Shown here: positions 1 to 8,744 of the stretch, piece after piece
Layout of the letters: each line of letters starts with the position of its first letter
Numbering within the stretch: position 1 is the stretch's first letter
Assembly (NCBI GenBank): GCA_037574385.1
Contig: GCA_037574385.1_4529.1
Direction: 5' to 3' (one strand)
DNA: 64,000 bases
Origin: a phage
The notes under the pieces: model-generated
What the model saw: only the letters and a program-made list of their open reading frames with translations
Database searches by the model: none
What the model was told of the DNA's origin: nothing
Made by a program: the position numbers and the translations under genes

Positions 1-234
1 ACTAATACGACCATTGGTACCTCTGTTTCTAAATGTCCTGACAATACACCGATAAAAATTTGATCAGTGTGCTCAGGGTCACGAAAGTTTTTAAGAGGTT
101 CCATAGCAATATGGAATGCACCTGGGAATACTCGATTCAATTCGTCAATCACAGCTTCGTTAAAAACATCATCTGCCGGGATAACATCTTCAACTACTAG
201 TTCTTGACCATTAAAGCGAAGCATAGATTTCATA
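1..234 (-). CDS. Hypothetical protein, 5' part only (continues beyond window start)
   Basis: ATG near 234 preceded by SD GAGGAAA and an early-promoter module; open frame runs to position 1 (MKSMLRFNGQELVVEDVIPADD...). Not in ORF track because no stop in window. Confidence 0.5.
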
Positions 235-262
235 ACGTTTTCCTCATGTTGTTGATGGGATG

Positions 263-292
263 ATAGTATCACACATCCATGTGTTTGTAAAC
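263..292 (-). promoter_or_regulatory. Early promoter module (PeSL-like): -35 GTTTAC, 18-nt spacer, -10 TACTAT
   Basis: - strand reads GTTTACAAACACATGGATGTGTGATACTATCATCCCATCAACAACATGAGGAAAACGTTATG. Confidence 0.55.
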
Positions 293-2379
293 TATCCTTG
301 GACAAATTTAAACGGAACCGATTCCAAATCCATTAAAGATGCTAACAGTTTCAATCCTTTAGGTGCACTGTTTATTTCTACGAATGAGGCAAAAGATACC
401 GGCTCATCTGATTCGATTTCACCCGTCATAGCAACCACCTCGCCTGTTTCCATGAGAACATCACCGTCGTAAATGACTGCTTCATCCAACTGGTCAGAGG
501 ACATGACTTCGGCTTGAATAAATTTAAGGTTGGATTCTAAACCTGCACCAGTGTCAGATGACGCATCTGTAATTTTATTTATCTGCAAGAGAATGCCTCT
601 AGGCAAAATAATTTCTTGCTCATTAGGGTGATTACTCAACTGTCCTGGATAAATCACGTTAACTTTATGAGCACCATCAATAGCCCATCCAACGTTAACA
701 CGGATTTGTTCTGGTGCATGCATAGCTGTTCTTACTTGACTAGGAGAAATAGTAACACCTTCGTCATTATTGTCAATGTTAAGCTCTTTGCGAACTTCTT
801 CAGGAGCAAGTCCAAGGGCAACGTTTTCTTTAAACCCGCCAAAAATAATAGGAGCTAATGAAGTAGAAACATAGTTTCTGAAGTAGAATACCTTATTTTT
901 AACCATTGCTTCATAAATAGGCATTCTGATAGACTGAGCTCTATACAACGTTAGTCCTTCAGGTAAACGGTCTCCGTTTAAAAACGCTGAATCAAGACCA
1001 TCAATAGCGCGTTTAACTTCATCTTCATCTGCAACATCGTAAAAATCTGGTTTATAACGTCCTAACAACATATTATTGATATCGGTATACGCAGAAGAGG
1101 CATATTCACGAATAGCTCGTTTTTCAGCAACAGAGTATTGTTTAGGGTCCCGATTCATTGTTATATTAAAGGTGCCTCTAGCCGATTCTCGTGCATAAGT
1201 ATACATCACATTAGACAAGAACGCTGATTTACGTTGTTTCCAAGTTTTTTCAGATACTTCAGCTAAAACGTCGTCAGCCAGTTGGAAATTATCTCGTCTA
1301 AAATCTTCAAACCATTCGTCTTTAATAGAGTCTGCAATTTCGTTTGCAGCTTCAACAAAAGCAGCTAATGCTTTAACAGATGTTGTTTTTTCGGTTTTAA
1401 TTTTCTTAGCAAACTTTTCTAAAGTTGGCTTAATAACACTACCATAAGAAACTTCATCAGCAAATCTAAAGGATTCATCAATACGATTATAAATCTTATT
1501 TTCGATATCAGCAACTAAAGTGCCTTTTGCTGTGGATGATGCTTGGGCTAGTACGATTTCATATGCTTCAGGAAGTAATTCGGCTGTAGCTGGGCCACTA
1601 ACTTCTTTAGCAGAATTTTCGTATTTCTGGAATAACTCACCTTCTTGGCGGTCAGCTTCTAAAGATTGGCTTGCTGCAATAGCACGACGAGAAATTTTAG
1701 TATGAGCAATAACAGGCTTATCTTTACGTTTTTCTTCTACAGCAGCAATAGAACCAGCGATAGCAGTTTCTTTGGTGACCGTTTCGCCGGTCTTTTTACT
1801 CACATAAACTTCGCCAACATCAGAATCTACTTTCGTGTACAACTCTGTGTTAATGTTAGGGATGCCTTTAATATCTTCAATGTTGGCATTTTTACGAACC
1901 ATCATCACATAGGTGTGTTTACCTGTGAATTGATACATTGCAGACAATACTTTAAAACGACCACCAGTTTTAGTAGAAACTAAACGAGCAAGAAGAGTTT
2001 GAAGCTGCTGACCACGTCCTTTCAATTTCTTGGTAGGGAATCGGAACAGAACTGCATCCATACGAAGAGCTTTAACCTGTTCATATACTGTATTGAAAAT
2101 GGTGTTGATTGCATCAATAGGAGCAGGACCAAGGCCATTTTTCAATTCAGCGAGATTACCCTTTTCAGACAGACTCATAATAACAACATGAGCATATTTA
2201 TCGCCAAGTTTAACTTGTTTTACAGCGTCGCCTTCAGAAAGGTAAGAGAATAAGCGAACTACGATGTTTGTATCGATATCACCAATTTTCCAGACTTGTG
2301 GAACTTTAGCTTTAGGGTTCAAATTGACGACAGGAAGACTGCCTTCAGATTCAAACACTTCATTTAATTGTTCAGACAT
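292..2379 (-). CDS. alt: Alt-like ADP-ribosyltransferase (packaged internal head protein)
   Basis: 695 aa; size and sequence character match T4 Alt (682 aa); lies immediately downstream of DNA ligase as in T4. Confidence 0.8.
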   Translation of the reverse strand: MSEQLNEVFESEGSLPVVNLNPKAKVPQVWKIGDIDTNIVVRLFSYLSEGDAVKQVKLGDKYAHVVIMSLSEKGNLAELKNGLGPAPIDAINTIFNTVYEQVKALRMDAVLFRFPTKKLKGRGQQLQTLLARLVSTKTGGRFKVLSAMYQFTGKHTYVMMVRKNANIEDIKGIPNINTELYTKVDSDVGEVYVSKKTGETVTKETAIAGSIAAVEEKRKDKPVIAHTKISRRAIAASQSLEADRQEGELFQKYENSAKEVSGPATAELLPEAYEIVLAQASSTAKGTLVADIENKIYNRIDESFRFADEVSYGSVIKPTLEKFAKKIKTEKTTSVKALAAFVEAANEIADSIKDEWFEDFRRDNFQLADDVLAEVSEKTWKQRKSAFLSNVMYTYARESARGTFNITMNRDPKQYSVAEKRAIREYASSAYTDINNMLLGRYKPDFYDVADEDEVKRAIDGLDSAFLNGDRLPEGLTLYRAQSIRMPIYEAMVKNKVFYFRNYVSTSLAPIIFGGFKENVALGLAPEEVRKELNIDNNDEGVTISPSQVRTAMHAPEQIRVNVGWAIDGAHKVNVIYPGQLSNHPNEQEIILPRGILLQINKITDASSDTGAGLESNLKFIQAEVMSSDQLDEAVIYDGDVLMETGEVVAMTGEIESDEPVSFASFVEINSAPKGLKLLASLMDLESVPFKFVQG

Positions 2380-2419
2380 AGTGTTTTCCTTTTAGTAATA
2401 ATTTATATTTATGCCAAAA

Positions 2420-2435
2420 AGAGCCCGAAGGCTCT
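2420..2435 (-). terminator. UUCG-tetraloop hairpin (AGAGCC-UUCG-GGCUCU)
   Basis: Perfect 6-bp stem with UUCG loop on the - strand transcript, just after an ORF stop. Confidence 0.5.
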
Positions 2436-2644
2436 TAATCCACAATCGGGAGCAAAGTACGATAAACTTCAAAATTAGGGCCTTTTTCGTACCCATTAAC
2501 GTTATCTACGAAAACCCGATACGAATTTTCATTAGGAAAATCTAATATAATCTGAGAGCAAGAGGTGGAAACATCTCCACCATCCTTCTTAGCTACAATA
2601 ACTGTTTCTAAATAAGCTTTCATTATAAACCTGTCTGGGACCAC
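2435..2644 (-). CDS. Hypothetical small protein
   Basis: 69-aa ORF between ligase and alt; start probably an internal Met (MKAYLE) because the tracked start overlaps the ligase 3' end. Confidence 0.4.
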   Translation of the reverse strand: MVPDRFIMKAYLETVIVAKKDGGDVSTSCSQIILDFPNENSYRVFVDNVNGYEKGPNFEVYRTLLPIVD

Positions 2645-4116
2645 GGTCCAAATACGTCTTCAAACGAATCCGCTTCTGTTTTATCAAAACGGAACCCTTT
2701 AATAATTGGAAGGAAAATACCTACAGTACCTTCACGGCCTTTAGAATGAACCCAACCATTACATTCGCAATCAGCAATACGTCCGATCAATTTACCTTCA
2801 CGAGCTTCGGTCATTAATCGTTCACGGTCTAAATCATGACGCTCGTCTAAAGGAATAAGAACCTTTACACCGTCAACTGTTTTATGAGTTGTATCTTTAA
2901 AACCTGAACCACAATCGGTTGTAATACGACGACAACGTGATACGAGTTCGACACCGCCTAATTTGTTAGGGTCTTTAGAGTGTTCATAGTATCCTACAAC
3001 TTCTAAAGCGATATCAATAACTTCTTTAAATTTAATTAGGTTCTTAGAGCGTTTGTTTTCCCAATATGAATCACGGTTTTTAAGGATAATACCTTCAAGA
3101 CCTTGGTCAACATATTTTTTATAAACCACTTTAGCTTCATCAAGATTACGAACTAACTGGTTTTCGATAGGTTCAATTCGTTTAAAGCCTTCAGCCATAT
3201 TTTCAAGAGCAGCAAAACGAACATCGTATTTCTGACCTTTAATTTTGCCATCAGAATAGACTTCATCTAAAGGAACATAGTCCCAGGCTTGAAGAACCAT
3301 ACCTTCCGCTTCTTTAGGAGAAATAGTCCCTTGAAGAGATTTATTTGCTAAACCATTTGAAGTGCTACGGTCTGCAACTTGTACTTCTTCGGATTCTTCA
3401 TTATCACCAAATAAGAACGACAGGTCATTTCCTGAGCTCACAGCCTTTTTAATATCAAATGAATGATAAACTAATTCACCATCAATTAAAACCCCATTAG
3501 GGTGTCTTTCACGAGCTTCTTTAGTCATTTCCATTAGTTCATCTGCTAATAGGGTAAGACCATGGTATTCGTTACCGGCGCGAGAAAAGAATTGAACACC
3601 ATCATCGCGAACTTCAGCGAAACAACGAGCACCATCTGCTTTTAATTGGGCAAATGCGGGCCATTTAATATTTTTAGTAATCAATTTCTCATCATATGCA
3701 GATGCTAACATCTGTGGTTGCAATTGAATAAGACCAGGCCACACCTTATTCGCGATAGACACTGAAGCACCTACTTCAAGGTCGCGCATCATTACACGAC
3801 GAAGGACTTCTACATCATCAGGTTTACCATCAGCGATATAACCCATGAGCTCTTTAATTGCAGCATTACCAGTGAGTTTACGAGTGGCTAATGTGAACTC
3901 AATAAAATCCAACATGTCATCTAATTCAAGAAGACCATATGCTTGGGACCTTTCACCTGGTCCTGGCCATTTCTTAATATAATACTGGATACCACGTGCA
4001 TATGTTAAACGATACACACGTTCAAGTAATTTGTTGTCCTTATTTTTCTTAAGGATTTCCTGTTTTGTTTTAGTAGAACCGATCGCAGCTATTTGGTTTA
4101 AAATATCTAAAATCAT
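2623..4116 (-). CDS. 30: ATP-dependent DNA ligase
   Basis: 497 aa; adenylation motif KADGAR (KxDG); strong overall resemblance to T4 gp30 (487 aa). Confidence 0.85.
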   Translation of the reverse strand: MILDILNQIAAIGSTKTKQEILKKNKDNKLLERVYRLTYARGIQYYIKKWPGPGERSQAYGLLELDDMLDFIEFTLATRKLTGNAAIKELMGYIADGKPDDVEVLRRVMMRDLEVGASVSIANKVWPGLIQLQPQMLASAYDEKLITKNIKWPAFAQLKADGARCFAEVRDDGVQFFSRAGNEYHGLTLLADELMEMTKEARERHPNGVLIDGELVYHSFDIKKAVSSGNDLSFLFGDNEESEEVQVADRSTSNGLANKSLQGTISPKEAEGMVLQAWDYVPLDEVYSDGKIKGQKYDVRFAALENMAEGFKRIEPIENQLVRNLDEAKVVYKKYVDQGLEGIILKNRDSYWENKRSKNLIKFKEVIDIALEVVGYYEHSKDPNKLGGVELVSRCRRITTDCGSGFKDTTHKTVDGVKVLIPLDERHDLDRERLMTEAREGKLIGRIADCECNGWVHSKGREGTVGIFLPIIKGFRFDKTEADSFEDVFGPWSQTGL

Positions 4117-4382
4117 TTGATGTCCTCGATTTTGGTTACGGTTCTATTATAAGCCACTTCATCTAGAAGCGATTTCAGCGTTTTCTGATAAGTGGTAATC
4201 CGTTTACCGAGTCCTTCAACATAATATTCTGAAATGTAGATAAACCCTTGTTCAACACACTCTTTAAATATTTCTGCGTCTTTTACTGAACGAAACAACG
4301 GCCAGTCTCGAAAGAACATGTTAACGTGACCGTAGTCACGTATGGTATTTTTGCCATCTGTAATATCATGAACTACAAACAT
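4113..4382 (-). CDS. Hypothetical protein
   Basis: 89-aa ORF overlapping ligase start by 4 nt (translational coupling). Confidence 0.5.
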   Translation of the reverse strand: MFVVHDITDGKNTIRDYGHVNMFFRDWPLFRSVKDAEIFKECVEQGFIYISEYYVEGLGKRITTYQKTLKSLLDEVAYNRTVTKIEDIK

Positions 4383-4391
4383 AATTAACCC

Positions 4392-5210
4392 TTAACAATT
4401 TATAGTCCATTTAGACGAATCTAAAGGAAAGTTTTGAATCGTCCACCATGGCTGCATATCGGTTGGTCCTGGGGTTCGCCAGGTATATGGAGTACGTGTT
4501 GTCGAGGGGCCACCAATTTGATTAGGCCATGCACCTGGACTTGTTGCACCAGATTCTTTAAGCAAATCCGCCAATCGTTTTAAAAGGTCTTCACGATCTG
4601 AATCCGAATTATGCTCGGGTGGAACCAAACGAGATTCAATATCATCCCACGTGTGTACACGTTGTGCAGTACGAGGAATATCATCACGTTCACCACGGGC
4701 CAACCAATAAATCGGTACATTAAGAATTTCTGCCGCATGGTCACAATGATGAGCTAAATCGTCAACGTAACAAATTACGTTATATTTTGTTTTAGCTAGT
4801 TCGAATAATTGTTCCTTTGAAGAATCATGACCACACATCATTACTTCAGAGAAAGCGCCTGGGAACAAAGCATTCAAATTAAATTGTCTATTCAATCGAG
4901 CATCAATTGAATCACCTAACGCCGTTACGGCTACAAAATTATAGTCTTCTTTTAGTTTATTGATAACTCGAAGAGCATCCGAATAAGGCGCTAAGTAACG
5001 AATAAAATCAGAGCGATTATATTTTTCTATTAATTGTTTACCAAGGTTATCGTCGGTATTGAATAGTTTACCAGGAGAAATAAATTTTTCGTCCTGAATC
5101 ATTTTTAAAATATGTTCTAATGGAAGATTATATTTTTGGGCAAAATAAGGAAGTCCAGATTGCCAGCTTAAACATACACCATCAATATCAGTCAAAATAG
5201 TAGGCTTCAT
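4392..5210 (-). CDS. HAD-superfamily phosphatase-like protein with Pro/Trp/Thr-rich C-terminal tail
   Basis: 272 aa; HAD motif I ILTDIDGV near N-terminus and a DD motif (ICYVDDLAHH); 4-nt overlap with the downstream NADAR-like gene. Confidence 0.6.
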   Translation of the reverse strand: MKPTILTDIDGVCLSWQSGLPYFAQKYNLPLEHILKMIQDEKFISPGKLFNTDDNLGKQLIEKYNRSDFIRYLAPYSDALRVINKLKEDYNFVAVTALGDSIDARLNRQFNLNALFPGAFSEVMMCGHDSSKEQLFELAKTKYNVICYVDDLAHHCDHAAEILNVPIYWLARGERDDIPRTAQRVHTWDDIESRLVPPEHNSDSDREDLLKRLADLLKESGATSPGAWPNQIGGPSTTRTPYTWRTPGPTDMQPWWTIQNFPLDSSKWTINC

Positions 5211-5674
5211 AAAGAGTCTCTTAATAGGTTTAACACATCAATAAATTCAGCTTCAGTTAGTATTGTATCATCTTTTGTTAGGTGGCTGGCCATGCTATGC
5301 TTCAAAATTTTTCCTTTAGAGGCTTGTAAGGCATCGCGAAACCCCTTGTTTTGGATCGCTGCTTCAAAATATGCATTTGTGTATAATTCTTTCCACGCTT
5401 CAGAGTATCTTGAAAATGGAACTCCTAACCAGAAGAGAGTCCCATAGTCCTGAGCTCTTGCATAAGACCTTCCAGCTTGCTGTGCAGCCAATCCAGACAA
5501 CCCAAATATACGTCTTTGATGTTCAACATTTTTCACCTTACATCCTTGGAGAAATCCTTCAAGACCTCCGAATTGAATACCATCCATGACAAAAGGCCAT
5601 TGGGCGAAATTACTTAATGCACATGACGGCCATTTGAAATTACTTCTTATTTCTAATTCAGACATCTTTAACAC
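5207..5674 (-). CDS. NADAR / YbiA-like (DUF1768) domain protein
   Basis: 155 aa; LSNFAQWPFVMDGIQFGGLEGFLQGCKV aligns with E. coli YbiA FSNFAAWPIKVDGKTWPTSEHYFQAQKF; further matches downstream (RRIFGLSGLAAQQAGR). Confidence 0.65.
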   Translation of the reverse strand: MLKMSELEIRSNFKWPSCALSNFAQWPFVMDGIQFGGLEGFLQGCKVKNVEHQRRIFGLSGLAAQQAGRSYARAQDYGTLFWLGVPFSRYSEAWKELYTNAYFEAAIQNKGFRDALQASKGKILKHSMASHLTKDDTILTEAEFIDVLNLLRDSL

Positions 5675-5864
5675 TTATAATTTCAACATCAGCCCAATGA
5701 CCATAACCAGGTATACGGTCTTCGATAGATAAATTTCCGTCATTTTTAGGCATTTTAATTGACGTAATGTATGGTTCTAAACGGTTTTCTGCATAATATG
5801 GAAAAACGTCTGTTACACGATAAGTAACTTCAATCATTTCCGTACCAAACAATTTCTTAAGCAT
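5658..5864 (-). CDS. Hypothetical protein
   Basis: 68-aa ORF in gene-dense - strand array. Confidence 0.45.
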   Translation of the reverse strand: MLKKLFGTEMIEVTYRVTDVFPYYAENRLEPYITSIKMPKNDGNLSIEDRIPGYGHWADVEIISVKDV

Positions 5865-5868
5865 TTTA

Positions 5869-6156
5869 TTAGAACCTCATCTGAAAGCCATGTGATTTAA
5901 CATTACCGCCGCCAATATCAGAAATGTTAATTTCACTTGCAATCGAAGGATCGATGTCAATTTCACGATTAAGTTTAGTGATAGCTAAAGTATCATGCCC
6001 ATTTACTGTACGAAACTCCAAAGGACATACTACGTTGACATAGTGTTTAATTGACTCGCTAGTAGGTTGCAAATGGGCCGGAAGGTCTTTAGGTGCTTTA
6101 GAGAAAACAACTTCACAAAAGTTTTTGCGGGTATCAAAATAAGTGGTCATAAACAT
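5869..6156 (-). CDS. Hypothetical protein
   Basis: 95-aa ORF; SD GAGGAAA upstream; UUCG hairpin just upstream of its RBS. Confidence 0.5.
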   Translation of the reverse strand: MFMTTYFDTRKNFCEVVFSKAPKDLPAHLQPTSESIKHYVNVVCPLEFRTVNGHDTLAITKLNREIDIDPSIASEINISDIGGGNVKSHGFQMRF

Positions 6157-6173
6157 AATATTTTCCTCAATAG

Positions 6174-6189
6174 GGAGCCGAAGCTCCCA
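6174..6189 (-). terminator. UUCG-tetraloop hairpin (GGGAGC-UUCG-GCUCCC)
   Basis: Perfect 6-bp stem, immediately followed by the SD of the next gene. Confidence 0.5.
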
Positions 6190-6195
6190 GTTAAA

Positions 6196-6561
6196 TTAGA
6201 TATCGAATTCATTAAGAACTACATCAAAGATTGCTTCGAGATGTTCAGGTTTAGCTCGGTTACTCAGGATATGACGAATCCAAGTTTTAACCAAAAGTTT
6301 ACGATTGACACCGTTCCAGCAAGGATGAGTACCTAAATCACGCTGACGGAAATCATCATCTAATGCAATTTTGAAGTTGGAACCTTCCATCGTGATTGAA
6401 ACCGTGATGCCATTTTCAAATCGCATATAAACGTAATTAGGAGTCATGCACTGTTCGATTTCACAAACTGTACCGTTTTTGTGTTTCCATAAGCAAATAA
6501 CTTCAGAAGAACCAGCGATACCGTTAGAAACATATTTACGTTCGAAGTTGATGTAGTTCAT
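6196..6561 (-). CDS. Hypothetical protein
   Basis: 121-aa ORF with own PeSL-type early promoter and SD GGAGAATAAAATG. Confidence 0.55.
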   Translation of the reverse strand: MNYINFERKYVSNGIAGSSEVICLWKHKNGTVCEIEQCMTPNYVYMRFENGITVSITMEGSNFKIALDDDFRQRDLGTHPCWNGVNRKLLVKTWIRHILSNRAKPEHLEAIFDVVLNEFDI

Positions 6562-6602
6562 TTTATTCTCCAGATGTTTAAGTTGTTTGTTGGTACAGGT
6601 CT

Positions 6603-6631
6603 ATAATAACATAACCTGTACCAAAGTAAAC
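6603..6631 (-). promoter_or_regulatory. Early promoter module with 9-bp inverted repeat flanking -10
   Basis: GTTTAC-N17-TATTAT; arms GGTACAGGT / ACCTGTACC on either side of the -10; SD GGAGAATAAAATG downstream. Confidence 0.55.
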
Positions 6632-6635
6632 TGTT

Positions 6636-7004
6636 TTATGCAACTTTAATCCAATTGTCTAAATTTAAAACACCTTTGGCTTTCATTTTTTCGATAAGGT
6701 TATCTGCTGTAATGCGTCCATTTTGATACCATGTAACATCTTCAGAGTAACCAGTTTCTTCGTCAACATATGTTTCTGAACGAATTTTACCGGTAATAAT
6801 AGTTTTTAATTCGTATGTGTCACCTGTGAAAAAGTTTGCTAACACAATTTTCCAAGAGAAATCATTTGAAGGACCTTCAGGGGTCATACAACCTACGATC
6901 TCAAATTGCTCTTTGTATAACATCCATTGGAATTCTTTAATTTCGATAGCTTTATAACCGTCGTGGTCTTTACATTCGATGTATGAGTTCAGATTGATTT
7001 TCAT
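6636..7004 (-). CDS. Hypothetical protein
   Basis: 122-aa ORF with own PeSL-type promoter and SD GGAGAATAAAATG. Confidence 0.55.
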   Translation of the reverse strand: MKINLNSYIECKDHDGYKAIEIKEFQWMLYKEQFEIVGCMTPEGPSNDFSWKIVLANFFTGDTYELKTIITGKIRSETYVDEETGYSEDVTWYQNGRITADNLIEKMKAKGVLNLDNWIKVA

Positions 7005-7045
7005 TTTATTCTCCAGTTTGTTTTATTGATTAGGTGGTACAAGTC

Positions 7046-7075
7046 TATAGTAACACATCCTACAGGAGAGTAAAC
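7046..7075 (-). promoter_or_regulatory. Early promoter module (PeSL-like)
   Basis: GTTTAC-N18-TACTAT followed by AGAC and SD. Confidence 0.5.
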
Positions 7076-7110
7076 ATCTTTTTAAACTTTTTCTGCCCTA
7101 AACACACAAA

Positions 7111-7130
7111 AGGGAGACCGAAGTCTCCCT
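7111..7130 (-). terminator. UUCG-tetraloop hairpin (AGGGAGAC-UUCG-GUCUCCCU)
   Basis: Perfect 8-bp stem after the small basic protein gene. Confidence 0.5.
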
Positions 7131-7134
7131 AAAA

Positions 7135-7311
7135 TTATGCAACAACCTTTCCAAAACGAGAAGCATCATCTCGAAGAACTGCACGTGCTCTGCGCATGAT
7201 CTTCTCAACTGTTTGATTAATACGAGAGTTCGACCCACGCTTGTATCCAGCGCGTTTAGAATCACCGACTTTCTTTTCAACTGCTTTCTTTGCTTTAGTT
7301 TGTTTTGCCAT
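7135..7311 (-). CDS. Small lysine/arginine-rich basic protein (58 aa)
   Basis: Hand-called: MAKQTKAKKAVEKKVGDSKRAGYKRGSNSRINQTVEKIMRRARAVLRDDASRFGKVVA; followed by UUCG hairpin. Preferred over overlapping track ORFs 7098..7280(-) and 7213..7398(+). Confidence 0.5.
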   Translation of the reverse strand: MAKQTKAKKAVEKKVGDSKRAGYKRGSNSRINQTVEKIMRRARAVLRDDASRFGKVVA

Positions 7312-7683
7312 TATAAATTCTCTTTAAATGAAAATGCAGGACTTATTGACATTGCCTGCTCAAGCCCTCAAGGGGAACATAGGTTTTTGGATATTTAACG
7401 ACCAGGATAACCATAAACCCGTCATCATACCTTATAGCTCTTATCTGTTGCACACCGTTAGCTTAAAGGTTCCGGGTTCGATTTCTCGAGGATAAGATAT
7501 ATACTGATGGATATATAGGCCTTGAGGCGTACTCCCGATTAGCCATCACCTCGGGGTAGCATGCACTTACCGCTATAAGAACAACATTCAAGAGGTACAC
7601 CGTAAAATTGTCGGGGCGGTACTTCTAAAACATACCGATTCGCAAATCGATAATCAGACAATTCGACGGCTCCTCGATTTAAC

Positions 7684-7932
7684 TTACTTCAGGGTAATAA
7701 CAAAATGACGAACTGCTTTACGAGCTGCTGAAGCCAGAGGCTTAGCATATTTCAATTCATCTTTCTGAGCCAGGATATCACGAAGATCGGCCTGTGCTGG
7801 ATTCAGATGTTTGAAATATCGCAGGATTTCCAGTGCTTCGGCTTCAACATCAATTGACGCGCCGTAGTTTTCGTGGCCATTATTCCATGCATGGCGTTGC
7901 AGTTCAAGAGCGTGTTGTAATTGTTTAATCAT
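7684..7932 (-). CDS. rIII: rIII lysis-inhibition accessory protein
   Basis: 82 aa, same length as T4 rIII; adjacent to gene 31 as in T4. Confidence 0.7.
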   Translation of the reverse strand: MIKQLQHALELQRHAWNNGHENYGASIDVEAEALEILRYFKHLNPAQADLRDILAQKDELKYAKPLASAARKAVRHFVITLK

Positions 7933-8048
7933 TTTAAATTCTCAATTCGAGATAATATTTAGTAGCCACGTTCGTCTGAATTTCACCTTCTTTCGACAGG
8001 TCTCTCAGTTGTAGGCTACCGCTTAGAAGAGTGTTCTCTTCATATAGT

Positions 8049-8056
8049 TATTTATA
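8049..8056 (-). promoter_or_regulatory. Candidate late promoter (TATAAATA) upstream of rIII
   Basis: Exact TATAAATA on - strand, but about 115 nt from the rIII start. Confidence 0.3.
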
Positions 8057-8389
8057 TCACTTATAAAGACACGGAATAGCTTTATAGTGGCATGTTACGA
8101 ATTTCTGTTTAATTTCTTTAGGTTGTTTAAGACCTAAAGCCACAAATGGATGTGGAACATTTCGAATTTGTCCAACTGGTAGTGGAGTCAAATCACCGAC
8201 TTCAACAAAACCTTCAGGAACATCAGGACCTACAGAATGAACTACACATAGTTCAGGAACTTCACCTTGAACACGTTTACCAATCACAAGTCCTGATTCG
8301 GTAACTTCTTCATCACCTGCTTGAGCGGGTTCAGAAACCAGAATGACATATTCACCAACAGCACGAATTGGGAGTTGTACTTCAGACAT
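8057..8389 (-). CDS. 31: Gp31 co-chaperonin (GroES analogue) for capsid protein folding
   Basis: 110 aa; near-identical in character to T4 gp31 ([33 protein letters not shown]). Confidence 0.85.
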   Translation of the reverse strand: MSEVQLPIRAVGEYVILVSEPAQAGDEEVTESGLVIGKRVQGEVPELCVVHSVGPDVPEGFVEVGDLTPLPVGQIRNVPHPFVALGLKQPKEIKQKFVTCHYKAIPCLYK

Positions 8390-8399
8390 CTTATTTCCT

Positions 8400-8435
8400 T
8401 GTTGTTTGACGATAGATTAATAATACCATACTATT
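8400..8435 (-). promoter_or_regulatory. Candidate MotA-dependent middle promoter for gene 31
   Basis: - strand ATATGCTTTACAAATAGTATGGTATTAT: MotA-box-like TGCTTTA about 11 nt upstream of -10 TATTAT. Confidence 0.4.
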
Positions 8436-8446
8436 TGTAAAGCATA

Positions 8447-8743
8447 TTACATAAGAAGCAAACGTTCCACCGGAGTACCATCAACCGAAATTACTTTATC
8501 AAGGCGGAAAGAACGCCACTGACCTAACTTGGTATCGAATGCTCGAACTGATTCACGAGGTTCATAACGAACTTCTGTTGCCGGATTGTTATTTTCGTAT
8601 TTGACTTCAAGTTCGTCGCGCGAAGCAAACATCGTACGAACATCACCGTTAGCCTTTTCAAATACAACACAATGAACGCCTACAGACAGAATAGTTTTAA
8701 TACGTTCACGAAGAACCATAGTTTCTTGTTCAGTTAAAATCAT
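8447..8743 (-). CDS. Hypothetical protein
   Basis: Tracked ORF 8447..8755 starts with GTG; likely true start is ATG at about 8743 (MILTEQET), 2 nt after the cd stop. Confidence 0.45.
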   Translation of the reverse strand: MILTEQETMVLRERIKTILSVGVHCVVFEKANGDVRTMFASRDELEVKYENNNPATEVRYEPRESVRAFDTKLGQWRSFRLDKVISVDGTPVERLLLM

Positions 8744-8744
8744 A

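Noticed and set aside
616-2253. + strand ORFs (616..858, 1520..1705, 1666..1983, 1999..2253) inside the alt gene
   Set aside because: They lie antisense within a long, well-supported - strand gene, lack SDs, and have low-complexity composition typical of antisense frames of AT-rich coding DNA.
6196-7004. Possible paralogy between adjacent 121-aa and 122-aa genes
   Set aside because: Similarity is limited to the first few residues and a short CMTP motif; not enough to call a duplication without alignment statistics.
7098-7398. Tracked ORFs 7098..7280 (-) and 7213..7398 (+)
   Set aside because: They overlap a better-supported 58-aa basic-protein frame (7135..7311) and lack ribosome-binding sites; the + strand ORF runs against local gene orientation.
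7455-7500. tRNA-like T-arm motif GGGTTCGATTTC
   Set aside because: No acceptor stem, D-arm or anticodon stem could be folded around it; likely a chance match or a remnant. Left as part of the structured-region finding.
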